A stretch of DNA of 64,000 nucleotides, from positions 1-64,000 of IMG/VR virus record IMGVR_UViG_3300031992_000040. The stretch is one strand, 5' to 3'. Every line of letters begins with the position of its first letter. Position 1 is the first letter of the stretch. The notes beneath the pieces were generated by a model. It saw only the letters and a program-made list of their open reading frames with translations. It was not told the origin of the DNA and did not search any database. Positions 47,633 to 57,412 of the stretch are shown here, one piece after another. This DNA is from a virus. Taxonomy: Duplodnaviria > Caudoviricetes. Both the position numbers and the translations under genes were made by a program.

Positions 47633-48934
47633 ATGGATTTTAATTCTAATGAAACAGTCGAATTTAAAAAGACTATAGAAGATATAGTTTCGGCACAATT
47701 TTATAGAGAAGGAGTCACAAAATATGTTGCTGCAAAAATCACTGCGGTTAATTCAGATGGCACCTTCAATGCAATAATTCCGCCTGACGATGAAGTAGAA
47801 GTCGTTGGGCTTTTAAATAAATCTAATGATGCTTTACAAGTGGGGGATTCTGTAGAGCTTGTAACAAAAAATGGAAAGCTTTCTAATGCGTGGATAAGCG
47901 CGAAACATAAAAAAAATCATTTTGGATTTACTTATTCTCCCGATGGTCAGAATAGAGGATTATTTGATTATGATGTTAATGATTGGATTTATTATAAGTC
48001 GCAAGATAATAATTTAAACATTCCTTATTTGGCAGATACAAAAAAAAGAAGAAGTTTCTTTTTACAGAATCATTCGCGTGATGATGCTCCAAGTTATTAT
48101 TTAATAGCAAAATTACCAGTAAGCAATACGAGCAATAGGGCAAGCGTTGTTATATCTGGTTTATTTGGGGGGTATTCTTCTAATACTCAGGCATATATGG
48201 ATTTATTGATAGGTAACAGAGACAGATTTACTGTAAGTTTAATGTATACAGGAGATTCTTCTGCGTTTAATTATACTACAGTGGAAGTTTATGAGCAAAC
48301 GAATGGGGAATATTGGATATATGTAAAGAGGATACAAAGATATACTACGGATACAATTTTTGATATTGTAGCTTCTCAGGCGGAACTTATTTGTTCTACA
48401 ACTCCAACCACGCCTTCTGGAAATTTAATAAAAACAGTTGGAGCTGGAGATGCTTCTGGCGGAGGAGGAAGCACGGATGTTTCAAGGGCTTATCCCGTTG
48501 GTTCAATTTATTTGACTACTTCGTCTACAAATCCCGCAACATTGTTTGGTTTTGGAACCTGGCAACAAGTTTCTCAAGGAAGAGTTTTAATTGGTGTTGG
48601 AACTGGAAATGATGGAAATACTTCTAGGACATATGCTTCTGGAGACACTGGAGGAGAGTATACTCATAAACTTACTCTTTCGGAATGTGCTTCACATCAA
48701 CATAACCCCGATACATCTTCTTGGGGATTTTTAGCTTATGTTCCTGGAGACGTAGAAAGAGTTAGGGTTGGGACTAATACGAGTGGTCGATATGCATTTT
48801 TAAGTGTAGCAGCAAGCTCAGCAGATGCTTCAGGGTTAAAATATGCAGGAAAAACAGATTCACGAGGTGGTAATGGATATCACAATAATATTCAGCCATA
48901 CTATGCGGTGTATATATGGCGTAGAACGGCTTAA
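47633..48934 (+). CDS. Tail spike / receptor-binding protein
   Basis: N-terminal OB-like segment; C-terminal YPVGSIY...GGEYTHKLT...HNNIQPYYAVYIWRRTA. Confidence 0.75.
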   Translation: MDFNSNETVEFKKTIEDIVSAQFYREGVTKYVAAKITAVNSDGTFNAIIPPDDEVEVVGLLNKSNDALQVGDSVELVTKNGKLSNAWISAKHKKNHFGFTYSPDGQNRGLFDYDVNDWIYYKSQDNNLNIPYLADTKKRRSFFLQNHSRDDAPSYYLIAKLPVSNTSNRASVVISGLFGGYSSNTQAYMDLLIGNRDRFTVSLMYTGDSSAFNYTTVEVYEQTNGEYWIYVKRIQRYTTDTIFDIVASQAELICSTTPTTPSGNLIKTVGAGDASGGGGSTDVSRAYPVGSIYLTTSSTNPATLFGFGTWQQVSQGRVLIGVGTGNDGNTSRTYASGDTGGEYTHKLTLSECASHQHNPDTSSWGFLAYVPGDVERVRVGTNTSGRYAFLSVAASSADASGLKYAGKTDSRGGNGYHNNIQPYYAVYIWRRTA

Positions 48935-48948
48935 AAGGAGGTAATTAT

Positions 48949-49353
48949 ATGGCACAAAAAATTTTAAATAATGGTATGACCGGTGCTGCATTTAGAGGAG
49001 CTTTAAATGATAATTTTACAGAATTATATTCTTCAAGAGTTCCAATAAATCATGCGGTATCTGCAACTACATACGGTGTTGGAACAACATCTAATTATGG
49101 GCACGTTAAAGTTACTGCTCAAAATGGTCTATCTATAACTTCTGGAACAATAGCTATGGCCGCAGCATCTACTTCTCAAATTGGAGCCGTTCAATTAGTA
49201 GATGATGCTTTGACCAATGATTCTACTAAGGCTGCTACTGCCGCTGCTTTAAAAGGGGTTAAGGATAGCGCTATTTTAACTTATAGTGGAACTTCAGACC
49301 CAAGTTCTTCTTTGGGAAAAAATGGAGATATATATATAAAATTATCTTCATAA
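48949..49353 (+). CDS. Short tail-fibre protein
   Basis: YGVGTTSNYGHVK, ASTSQIGAVQL..AATAAALK fibre repeats; SGTSDPSSSLGKNGDIYIK. Confidence 0.7.
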   Translation: MAQKILNNGMTGAAFRGALNDNFTELYSSRVPINHAVSATTYGVGTTSNYGHVKVTAQNGLSITSGTIAMAAASTSQIGAVQLVDDALTNDSTKAATAAALKGVKDSAILTYSGTSDPSSSLGKNGDIYIKLSS

Positions 49354-49368
49354 AGGAGTTGATTTTTT

Positions 49369-49581
49369 ATGAAAAGAATAATAAAAAAAATTTGGAATAA
49401 TAGAATTTTTAGAACTTTTTTGCAAACATTTTTAAGCACAATTTTTGTATATTTTAGTTCAAATGAAATATTTAATTTTGATATGAGTGCATTAAGAGCT
49501 TTATTTATCAGTGCATTAGCAACTGGTTTAGCAGCTATAATGCCTCTTTTTAATATTGATGAAAATAAGGAGGAAGAATAA
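49369..49581 (+). CDS. Holin (r1t-like)
   Basis: RIFRTFLQTF, two TMs, upstream of the lysin. Confidence 0.75.
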   Translation: MKRIIKKIWNNRIFRTFLQTFLSTIFVYFSSNEIFNFDMSALRALFISALATGLAAIMPLFNIDENKEEE

Positions 49582-49676
49582 TGGATATTAATGAAGAAAT
49601 CTTAGAAGAAGAATTTGTAGAAGTAATCGGAGATTCAGATGAAGTTATAACAGAAGTAGAAGAAGAGGTGGAGTAA
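49581..49676 (+). CDS. 31-aa highly acidic peptide (not in ORF track)
   Basis: AAGGAGG RBS, TAATG coupling; MDINEEILEEEFVEVIGDSDEVITEVEEEVE*. Confidence 0.6.
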   Translation: MDINEEILEEEFVEVIGDSDEVITEVEEEVE

Positions 49677-49677
49677 T

Positions 49678-50655
49678 ATGGCATATGTAATGAAAGCAGC
49701 GGATTTTGTTAAAAAAGCAAAAGATGTTGCAACTAAATATAAAACATTATATGTTTATGCTTGTTTTGGAGCACCAATGAACCCCACTAATAAAAAAAGA
49801 TATTGCAATAATTCAGCTTATAACAAACAAGCAGCTAGAACAAAAAAAATAATGGCTGCATCCGCAGATACTTTTGGATTTGATTGTGTAAATTTATTAA
49901 AAGGGCTATTGTGGGGATGGTCTGGAAATAAAAATGCTACATATGGAGGAGCAAGATATGCTTCAAATGGTGTTCCCGATGTTAATGCTAATGATATGTT
50001 TAAAAAATATTGCACTAATAGAACATCAAATTTTAAAAATATAGCCGTTGGGGAATTTGTATGGATGAATGGACATATCGGCGTTTATATTGGTAATGGA
50101 CTTGCAGTAGAATGCACTCCTATTTGGAAAGATGGAGTTCAAATTACTGCCGTTGGAAATATTGGTAAAAAATCTGGGTATAATACTAGAACTTGGACAG
50201 AACACGGAAAAAGTATATTTTTAGATTATTCTACTCCAGCACCTACACCAACTCCAACACCCGCACCAACTCCTAGTCAGAAATTTAAGATAGGAGATAA
50301 AGTTATAATAAATGGTTATTTATATGTAAGTTCAAATGCAGCAAAACCATCTGGAACTGTTAAAAATAAAAAAACCAAAATAACCAGATATGCAAAGGGA
50401 GCAAAGCATCCTTATAATACTACCGGAGATTTAGGATGGATGAATGAAGCAGATATTAAACTTGATAACGCTACATCTTCTCCTGTTTCAACGAAACCAA
50501 AAGAAACAATATATGTTGTTCAAAAGGGCGATACTTTAACAAGTATAGCAAAAAAATATAATACAACTTGGCAAAAGATATATGCAAAAAATAAATTTAT
50601 AATTGGAAATAATCCTAATATAATTAAAGTTGGACAAAAATTAACGATAGTATAG
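49678..50655 (+). CDS. Endolysin: NlpC/P60-like peptidase, PT linker, SH3-like and LysM domains
   Basis: FDCVNL...GHIGVY...ECT; TPAPTPTPTPAPTP; YVVQKGDTLTSIAKKY. Confidence 0.88.
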   Translation: MAYVMKAADFVKKAKDVATKYKTLYVYACFGAPMNPTNKKRYCNNSAYNKQAARTKKIMAASADTFGFDCVNLLKGLLWGWSGNKNATYGGARYASNGVPDVNANDMFKKYCTNRTSNFKNIAVGEFVWMNGHIGVYIGNGLAVECTPIWKDGVQITAVGNIGKKSGYNTRTWTEHGKSIFLDYSTPAPTPTPTPAPTPSQKFKIGDKVIINGYLYVSSNAAKPSGTVKNKKTKITRYAKGAKHPYNTTGDLGWMNEADIKLDNATSSPVSTKPKETIYVVQKGDTLTSIAKKYNTTWQKIYAKNKFIIGNNPNIIKVGQKLTIV

Positions 50656-50667
50656 AGAGGTGATTAG

Positions 50668-51738
50668 ATGGCGGTAACTGTTTGGGAAAAGAAAAAAATA
50701 TATACTTATTCAAGTAGTGCAACAAACACTATTTATTCTAAATGCGAAATAACCTCTCAGTCTCGTAATGCTGCCACACAGAGCTTTACCGTTAAAATAA
50801 CAATGTGGGTTGAGACAACCGGAACAGGAACTTTTTATAATGACAAGTGGACTTGTGATATCACTGTCGGTGGTAAATCCATTAAGACAGGTTTACAAAT
50901 AAAAGGAACTACTTCCGGAAATATCGCAGGCACTAGATATAATAATAGCGCTTCTGGAAGTGTTACGGTTAGTGGAACTACTGGAACATTAAATATTAGT
51001 GTAACGCATAAAAACGGAACAACGGGCAGCAAACTCGGAGATGCATCTGGAAGTTTTGCCATAAATCCTTTGCCTTATGTTACGTTGGCTTCGAGTAGTA
51101 AAACAGATACAACGGCCACTTTAACTTATTCATCTTCAACTATAAGTCCTTCTAAGGTTGCTGTTTATCAAAATGGAACGAAAATAAAAGAAGTTACATC
51201 TTCTCCATTTACTATGACTGGATTAAGTCCATCAACAACTTATAAATTTAAGGGTTATGGTTATGGAAACGGAGATTGGGGTTCAAATGCCAATGAATTA
51301 AATGTTACAACGTATAGACAGACAGTTCAAATTTCTAATGTAACTATTGGTAATTTATTATATAATTCGGCAACAGTAACTCCAACCTTTAATAATGCTT
51401 CAAATGTTGAGACGGTAAGATATAAGTTATATTCTAGTGATGGTTCATTATTGGGAACTTATACTTATTCAACAACATCGCCAATAGCCTTCACTTTATC
51501 AGAGCAACAAAGTTATTATTTTGTTATTGATGCATCAACAAAAGACTCTGGTGTGTGGTCAAATGCTTATACAACTCCTGTCTTTACAACACCTGCTGAC
51601 CAGGCATCTGCATATATAAAGGTAAATGGGTCTTGGCAAAAAGGGAAAGTTTGGATAAAAGTTAATGGAACGTGGCAAAAAGCCAAAGATTTCTATATAA
51701 AAAAGAATGATTCTTGGCAGAAAGGGGTTAATCAATAG
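50668..51738 (+). CDS. FN3-containing virion protein with C-terminal (W/Y)IKVNGxW repeats
   Basis: MTGLSPSTTYKF; three IKxNxxWQK units. Confidence 0.7.
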   Translation: MAVTVWEKKKIYTYSSSATNTIYSKCEITSQSRNAATQSFTVKITMWVETTGTGTFYNDKWTCDITVGGKSIKTGLQIKGTTSGNIAGTRYNNSASGSVTVSGTTGTLNISVTHKNGTTGSKLGDASGSFAINPLPYVTLASSSKTDTTATLTYSSSTISPSKVAVYQNGTKIKEVTSSPFTMTGLSPSTTYKFKGYGYGNGDWGSNANELNVTTYRQTVQISNVTIGNLLYNSATVTPTFNNASNVETVRYKLYSSDGSLLGTYTYSTTSPIAFTLSEQQSYYFVIDASTKDSGVWSNAYTTPVFTTPADQASAYIKVNGSWQKGKVWIKVNGTWQKAKDFYIKKNDSWQKGVNQ

Positions 51739-51770
51739 AGTAGATTTTAAATAAGTCTACTCTTTTTTTT
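51737..51770 (+). terminator. Terminator ending the late module
   Basis: AGAGTAGA...TCTACTCT plus T-run. Confidence 0.75.
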
Positions 51771-51871
51771 ACCGCATTATTTTTTTAAAAAAGACTTGTA
51801 ATTGACCTCTGGTTATGTTATCTTGATATTAATATTGATGGTATTGTGACCATAAAAACGAGGTGATTTTT

Positions 51872-52870
51872 ATGAGAAGAATTTATTTTGACAATGCGGC
51901 GACAACACCCATAGAAAAGTCTGTATGGAAGTGTATGAAGCCGTTTTTTGTTAGCATATATGGAAACCCTAGTAGTGCTCATAACGAGGGCAGACGAGCT
52001 CATTTCTATGTTGAGAGCTCTCGAAATAATATTGCAGAACTTTTGAAATGCAAACCAGAAGAAATATTCTTCACGAGCGGAGCAAGCGAATCTAATTCTT
52101 GGATTTCAAAAAATTTATGCTATTGGTGTGACCCTTGGTCTCACGATTCTATGAAGATGGCAAATAAAAAAAATGATGCAAAAGTTAAAGCTCATTCATT
52201 CCCCTTGGTGGACAGCGAAATGGGACAAAAGACTAAGTTTTCAGATAAAGATTTTTTTGTTCATTTAGATTTAACTCAAGCCATAGGGAAAGTAGATATT
52301 GATTTATCTAATTCTTTAATTGGTTCGGCTTCGTTTAGTGCTCATAAATTTGGAGGCCCGAAGGGTGTGGGCGTTTTATATATAAATAGCTTATTACAAA
52401 AAAGAATAGAACCTTTAATCTATGGTCATCAAGAAAGAGGATTGCGTGGGGGGACAGAAAATGTTCCTGGTATTGTTGGTATGGCAGAAGCTTTAAGGTT
52501 AGCCATAGAAAATAAAGATAAAAATATAGCTAAAATAAAAAAGGTTAGAGATGCTATTTTAAGTAGAATATCAAGAAATAATAAGATAGAAGTATATTCT
52601 TCATCGAATATTATAAATATAAAATTCAAACATTTAAAAGCATATAGTGCTGTGCAGATTTTTAATCAATATGGAATTGATATTTCTGCGGGGAGTGCTT
52701 GCAATTCTGGTTCTGATGAACCATCGGAGTCATTAACCTCTAGGGGCTTTACAGAAGATGAGGCTTTAAGGACAATAAGAATATCTCTCAGTCATCATAA
52801 TACTGTTCGGGAAGCAAAAAAATTCTGCAAAATATTAAACAGAATAATTGACACCTATGATAAAGAATAG
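51872..52870 (+). CDS. iscS: Cysteine desulfurase (IscS/NifS group I), compact
   Basis: YFDNAATTP, YGNPSS, FTSGASE, SAHKFGGPKG (PLP Lys), RGGTEN, SAGSAC (catalytic Cys). Confidence 0.9.
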   Translation: MRRIYFDNAATTPIEKSVWKCMKPFFVSIYGNPSSAHNEGRRAHFYVESSRNNIAELLKCKPEEIFFTSGASESNSWISKNLCYWCDPWSHDSMKMANKKNDAKVKAHSFPLVDSEMGQKTKFSDKDFFVHLDLTQAIGKVDIDLSNSLIGSASFSAHKFGGPKGVGVLYINSLLQKRIEPLIYGHQERGLRGGTENVPGIVGMAEALRLAIENKDKNIAKIKKVRDAILSRISRNNKIEVYSSSNIINIKFKHLKAYSAVQIFNQYGIDISAGSACNSGSDEPSESLTSRGFTEDEALRTIRISLSHHNTVREAKKFCKILNRIIDTYDKE

Positions 52871-52876
52871 TATAAT
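52848..52876 (+). promoter_or_regulatory. Consensus sigma-A promoter for the replication operon, overlapping the iscS 3' end
   Basis: TTGACA-17 nt-TATAAT. Confidence 0.88.
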
Positions 52877-53024
52877 GTATATATAAGATTGAACACAGGA
52901 AAATTAGGGATTTGTTGTGGATAAATCTGTTGGATTTGAGGTGATGTTCAGAAGGTAAAAAAATAATAAATAATAAAAAAAAGAAAAAAGAGAAAAGAAT
53001 TAAAAAAAGGGAGAAAATAATAAA

Positions 53025-53897
53025 ATGGCAGGATTTCAAAAAGCCAAAAGAGAAAAAATTTGGCTAAAATTACTTTTAGGTGGTGCCAGTGGGAGTGGAA
53101 AAACTTATTCCGCATTAAAATTAGCTACTGGTATTGCTAGTAAGGCAGGAACTAGAGTTGCTGCTGTTGATACTGAAGCTGGTCGTATAAGATATTATGC
53201 TAACGAATTTGATTTTGATGATATGCAATTAGAAGAACCTTATACTCCAGAAAAATATATTGAAGCGATTGATAGCGCCATACAAGGGGGATATCAAGTA
53301 TTAATAATAGACAGTATTTCACACGAGTGGAGCTACTGTGTTTCTACACACGATAAGATGCCCGGAAATTCATATACAAACTGGGCAAAAATTACACCTA
53401 GACACGATTTATTTATGGAAAAAATTTTACAATCTCCAATTCATATTATTGCCACTGTTAGAGGCAAAGATGAATATGTTTTAGAAGAAAAAGAGGGAAA
53501 ACAAAAACCTAGAAAAGTTGGACTTGGTTATAAACAAAGAGATGGCATAGAATATGATTATACAGCCACTTTTAATATAGCTCAAGACACACACGTTGCT
53601 GAAGCAACAAAAGACAATACTCACTTGTTCGAAGGTAAATATGACCCTCTATCAGAAAAAGACGGAGAAGCATTATACGAATGGGCAAATTCAGGACAAG
53701 AGCCAGCTTTCAATAAAGAAAAAGCACAAGAAGAAATAATTGCTTTGGCTACTGAACTAGGGGGAAGCAAAAACTCAAAAGTTGTAGAGGCTACTCAGTC
53801 AATATTAGGAGTTGCTAATCCAAAGTTCTGCAAAGATACAGCTTTGTTAAAACAATCTTTGGAGGCGCTAAAGAAAATAAAAGAGGAAGGAAATTAA
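53025..53897 (+). CDS. AAA_24 / Sak4-like ssDNA-annealing ATPase
   Basis: GASGSGKT, VDTE, IIDSISHEW. Confidence 0.8.
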   Translation: MAGFQKAKREKIWLKLLLGGASGSGKTYSALKLATGIASKAGTRVAAVDTEAGRIRYYANEFDFDDMQLEEPYTPEKYIEAIDSAIQGGYQVLIIDSISHEWSYCVSTHDKMPGNSYTNWAKITPRHDLFMEKILQSPIHIIATVRGKDEYVLEEKEGKQKPRKVGLGYKQRDGIEYDYTATFNIAQDTHVAEATKDNTHLFEGKYDPLSEKDGEALYEWANSGQEPAFNKEKAQEEIIALATELGGSKNSKVVEATQSILGVANPKFCKDTALLKQSLEALKKIKEEGN

Positions 53898-53905
53898 AAA
53901 AGGAA

Positions 53906-54406
53906 ATGAGAGTAAAAACGGTTGATAATTTTAGAGTTTGGGAAATAAAAGAAAGCGATTCTGGAAAGAGCGCATTAGTGCAACTTCAGGAAAGTCGTAA
54001 GGTAAATGAAGAAAATGCTTATGATAAAAGTTTAATAGATAACGGGGTTGCTAAAAGAGGATATGTAAATACTAATTATTTTAATGTAAAATTTATTGCG
54101 CACGCATATAATAAATTAAAAGAGATTGAAATAGGGGATTCCATCACAAATGTTGAATTTGAGATGAAAAAAGAACCTTATTATAATAAAGCAGAAGAAC
54201 AAATTGTTTATCCTAATTATCCTAATATTACAGTTACAGACTTTACTGTTAATAGTGGAAAGAGATATAACTTGGAGTTCGTAGAAGCACCTGCAACAAA
54301 AGGTATAAATATGGATAAAGCACCAAAAGTTGAAGAGTCAACTCCGGAACCTGTTGTTGAAGAAGTGGACAATTCAAAGTCTCCAGAAGACATTTGTCCT
54401 TTCTAA
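53906..54406 (+). CDS. ssb: Single-stranded DNA-binding protein
   Basis: Follows Sak4; acidic tail ending EDICPF. Confidence 0.65.
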   Translation: MRVKTVDNFRVWEIKESDSGKSALVQLQESRKVNEENAYDKSLIDNGVAKRGYVNTNYFNVKFIAHAYNKLKEIEIGDSITNVEFEMKKEPYYNKAEEQIVYPNYPNITVTDFTVNSGKRYNLEFVEAPATKGINMDKAPKVEESTPEPVVEEVDNSKSPEDICPF

Positions 54407-54447
54407 AATTAAATAAAAAAAACAAAAAATTTTAGGAAAGGCGGCAG

Positions 54448-56376
54448 GTGTGTATGTTAATACCAAAAGATAAAATAAATGCCGCTAAGGCTAAATATGG
54501 TGAGAGAGCCATACAAGAAATAATGGAATATTTCGGTGAGGGTTCTTATATAAGTGGCAAGAAAGCTTATTCTTGCCCTTATCATATAGACAAGACTCCT
54601 TCATTTGTTTGGAACGAAAAAAATAGTTCAATGCATTGTTTTAGTTGTGGAAGAAACTTTGATATAATTGATTTATATATAGCTCAAGGAATGACATATT
54701 TAAAAGCCATTGAAAAATTGTTTGATAATGTAGATGAGGAATTTACTTTTGGTAACACATATAGCTACAAAGATGACAATTATAGATATCCTAAAAGAGA
54801 AAAAGAAGACAGAACTAATGTAGAAGAATATTTAGCGCTTAGAAAATTAAGTGCAAAAACATTAGATTATTTAGATATTCAGAGCGATAAGAGCGGAAAC
54901 ATAGTATTTCATTTTTATGATGAGAACGATATTCTTAAAACTGTTAAATACAGAGTTGGACACGTTTTTAATAAAGATAAAGATAAAAATAAATGTTGGG
55001 CTCAAAAAAATGCAGATTTTGCACCAATTTTATTTAATATGAACAGAGTAGACCCATCGAAGCCACTTGTTATTAGTGAAGGGGAACTAGATTGCGCCTC
55101 TATTGTGGAAGCCGGTTATAGTAATGTTGTTTCTGTTCCTAATGGATGTAATAATGCGCAGTGGATAGAATATAATTGGGATTGGCTTGAGCAGTTTGAT
55201 AAAATTATTTTATGGTTTGATAGTGATGCTCCTGGTAAAAAAGCAAGAGATAATATAATGCATCGACTTGGAACTTGGAGAACTTATTATGTTGAAATTA
55301 TGGATAAAGACACCACAGAAAGCGGTAGACCAATAAAAGATGCTAATGAGATATTATATTATAAAGGAGCAAATAGAGTTCTTGACTATATTGCAAAACC
55401 ATTGGATGTTCCGATAGACAATGTATTAGATTTGGCTACTGCCGAAGAATTTGATATAGAAAAAACTGAGGGACTTTATACTGGAATAAAAGATTTAGAT
55501 GACAAAATTTATAAACTTGTTTTTGGAACTTTAAATATTATTACAGGGAAAAGTGGTTCAGGAAAAAGTGTTTTTGTTAATCAGGTTGCCATTTGCCAAG
55601 CTTTGAATCAAGGGTATGATGTCTTTGTATTTAGTGGAGAATTGCCGTCTCCAGTATTAAGAAATTGGGTTGAAGTTAATATGATTGGCCGAGACTATAT
55701 TACGATGAAAGATAATCATATTAGAGTATTAGATTCCGAAAAAAGAAGGCTAATGCAAAATTGGTATAGTGGTCGAATACTTGTTTACAACAATGATGTT
55801 GATACTACTGCAAAAAGTATTTTAATAAAAATGGAAGAACTTGCTAGAAAATGTGGAACCAAAGTTTTTTTAATAGACAATTTAATGATGGTTGATTTAG
55901 AATGTCAAGAAAATGAAAGGTTGCAAGCAGAAAAAAGATTTGTGAGCGAATTAATATTCTTTGCAAAAAAATTTAATGTTTTGGTATTTTTGGTTGCACA
56001 TCCAAGAAAAACAATGGAAACAAGATTAACTAAAGAAGATATTGCCGGTAGTGGAAATATAGTTAATTTAGCCCATATGGTTTTTAGTGTTCACAGATAT
56101 ACCGATAAAGAAAAAGAAGGAGAAATGAACCTCAGAGGTCAGTATGTTAAAGGCAAAGAACCAATAGAATATGATACTTGCATTGAGGTATTAAAAAACC
56201 GTATTACGGGAGTTTTACCGATGACCAAATTGTATTTTGATTATAATTCATATAGATTTTATAGAACTCCTTCAGAATTATGGTTTAGATATGGTTGGAA
56301 TAAAAGCACTGAACCTTTAAACACAAATGACCCAAATCCTCACGGAATATCGAGTGGGGGTGATAGTCCATTGTGA
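54448..56376 (+). CDS. Primase-helicase fusion (T7 gp4/Twinkle-like)
   Basis: CPYH..CFSC Zn finger, Toprim EGELD and DSD, GKSGSGKS, LIDNL, VAHPRK, LKNR. Confidence 0.9.
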   Translation: MCMLIPKDKINAAKAKYGERAIQEIMEYFGEGSYISGKKAYSCPYHIDKTPSFVWNEKNSSMHCFSCGRNFDIIDLYIAQGMTYLKAIEKLFDNVDEEFTFGNTYSYKDDNYRYPKREKEDRTNVEEYLALRKLSAKTLDYLDIQSDKSGNIVFHFYDENDILKTVKYRVGHVFNKDKDKNKCWAQKNADFAPILFNMNRVDPSKPLVISEGELDCASIVEAGYSNVVSVPNGCNNAQWIEYNWDWLEQFDKIILWFDSDAPGKKARDNIMHRLGTWRTYYVEIMDKDTTESGRPIKDANEILYYKGANRVLDYIAKPLDVPIDNVLDLATAEEFDIEKTEGLYTGIKDLDDKIYKLVFGTLNIITGKSGSGKSVFVNQVAICQALNQGYDVFVFSGELPSPVLRNWVEVNMIGRDYITMKDNHIRVLDSEKRRLMQNWYSGRILVYNNDVDTTAKSILIKMEELARKCGTKVFLIDNLMMVDLECQENERLQAEKRFVSELIFFAKKFNVLVFLVAHPRKTMETRLTKEDIAGSGNIVNLAHMVFSVHRYTDKEKEGEMNLRGQYVKGKEPIEYDTCIEVLKNRITGVLPMTKLYFDYNSYRFYRTPSELWFRYGWNKSTEPLNTNDPNPHGISSGGDSPL

Positions 56377-57179
56377 TAGAAGAATTTAAAGAAAAATTAA
56401 AAGTTTTTGATAAATTTCATTTTGAAGAAGAACCCCATATTTATTGGTGGCTAGATGAAGACGGAAATAGATGCCAAGCAGAAACATCGATGACAGCTCT
56501 AATTGAGTCACACGCACATCCATTTGATAAACAAAAAATTGCTGGTATTGTAGCCAGAAGAGATGGAATACCAGTAGAAGATGTTTTAGCTGAATGGGAA
56601 TATAGCAATGAGTTATCAAAAATAAAAGGAACTCATATACACGCTTTTAATGAATATTTATGGCAAGGAATGAACTATAAATATCCAAAAGATGAAATTA
56701 TCAAAAAATTTGGTTTTGATGTTTTAGAGCCATTATGGCCACGTCTTATAAGAATAGCACAGAAATTTTATGAAGACTATAAAGATAGAATTATTCCTAT
56801 TGGTTTAGAACAAGTTGTTGGAGATGAAGAAATAGGGATTTGTGGAAGTATTGATTTTCTATGTTATTCCAAAAAATTAAAATCTCTAATAATAATTGAT
56901 TATAAATCAAATAAGGAAATTAAATTTGAGCCATATAGAAATAATAAAATGACTGGTTGTTTATCTCATTTAGATGACTGCAATTATATTCATTATAGTT
57001 TGCAGCTAAACGGATATCAATATATACTTCAAAAGAAAACCGGATTTAAATTAAATAACAGGCATTTCTTAATATGGATGAATGAAAAAAATGATGACTA
57101 TATAATATATCAAACCAAAGATTTATATAAAGAAGCAAAAGATATGCTTTTAGATTATAAAAGAAGAAAAGGGAAGTAA
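56373..57179 (+). CDS. PD-(D/E)XK exonuclease
   Basis: KGTHIH, LEQ, GSID, IIDYKS, YSLQLNGY. Confidence 0.82.
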   Translation: MIEEFKEKLKVFDKFHFEEEPHIYWWLDEDGNRCQAETSMTALIESHAHPFDKQKIAGIVARRDGIPVEDVLAEWEYSNELSKIKGTHIHAFNEYLWQGMNYKYPKDEIIKKFGFDVLEPLWPRLIRIAQKFYEDYKDRIIPIGLEQVVGDEEIGICGSIDFLCYSKKLKSLIIIDYKSNKEIKFEPYRNNKMTGCLSHLDDCNYIHYSLQLNGYQYILQKKTGFKLNNRHFLIWMNEKNDDYIIYQTKDLYKEAKDMLLDYKRRKGK

Positions 57180-57181
57180 AA

Positions 57182-57391
57182 ATGTTTGAAAATACAATAG
57201 CTAAAAAAAGAATGGAAAAGAAAAATAATTTATTAAATGAAATAGAAAAAGCAAAAAAAGATGGCAATGATTGGAAATTGAGACAATTAGAAGGAAAACT
57301 TGCCGATTTTAATGCTAAAAAGTATCCGACTGTATTTTTGGATGCGACACAAAAGGGGACTTATAAAAAACCAAAGGAAGAAAAAGAATAA
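57182..57391 (+). CDS. Hypothetical protein
   Basis: RBS and operon packing. Confidence 0.6.
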   Translation: MFENTIAKKRMEKKNNLLNEIEKAKKDGNDWKLRQLEGKLADFNAKKYPTVFLDATQKGTYKKPKEEKE

Positions 57392-57412
57392 AAGGATAAA
57401 AAGGAGAAAATT

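Noticed and set aside
35496-48934. Diversity-generating retroelement or invertase shufflon
   Set aside because: No reverse transcriptase, recombinase or near-identical TR/VR pair was seen in the window.
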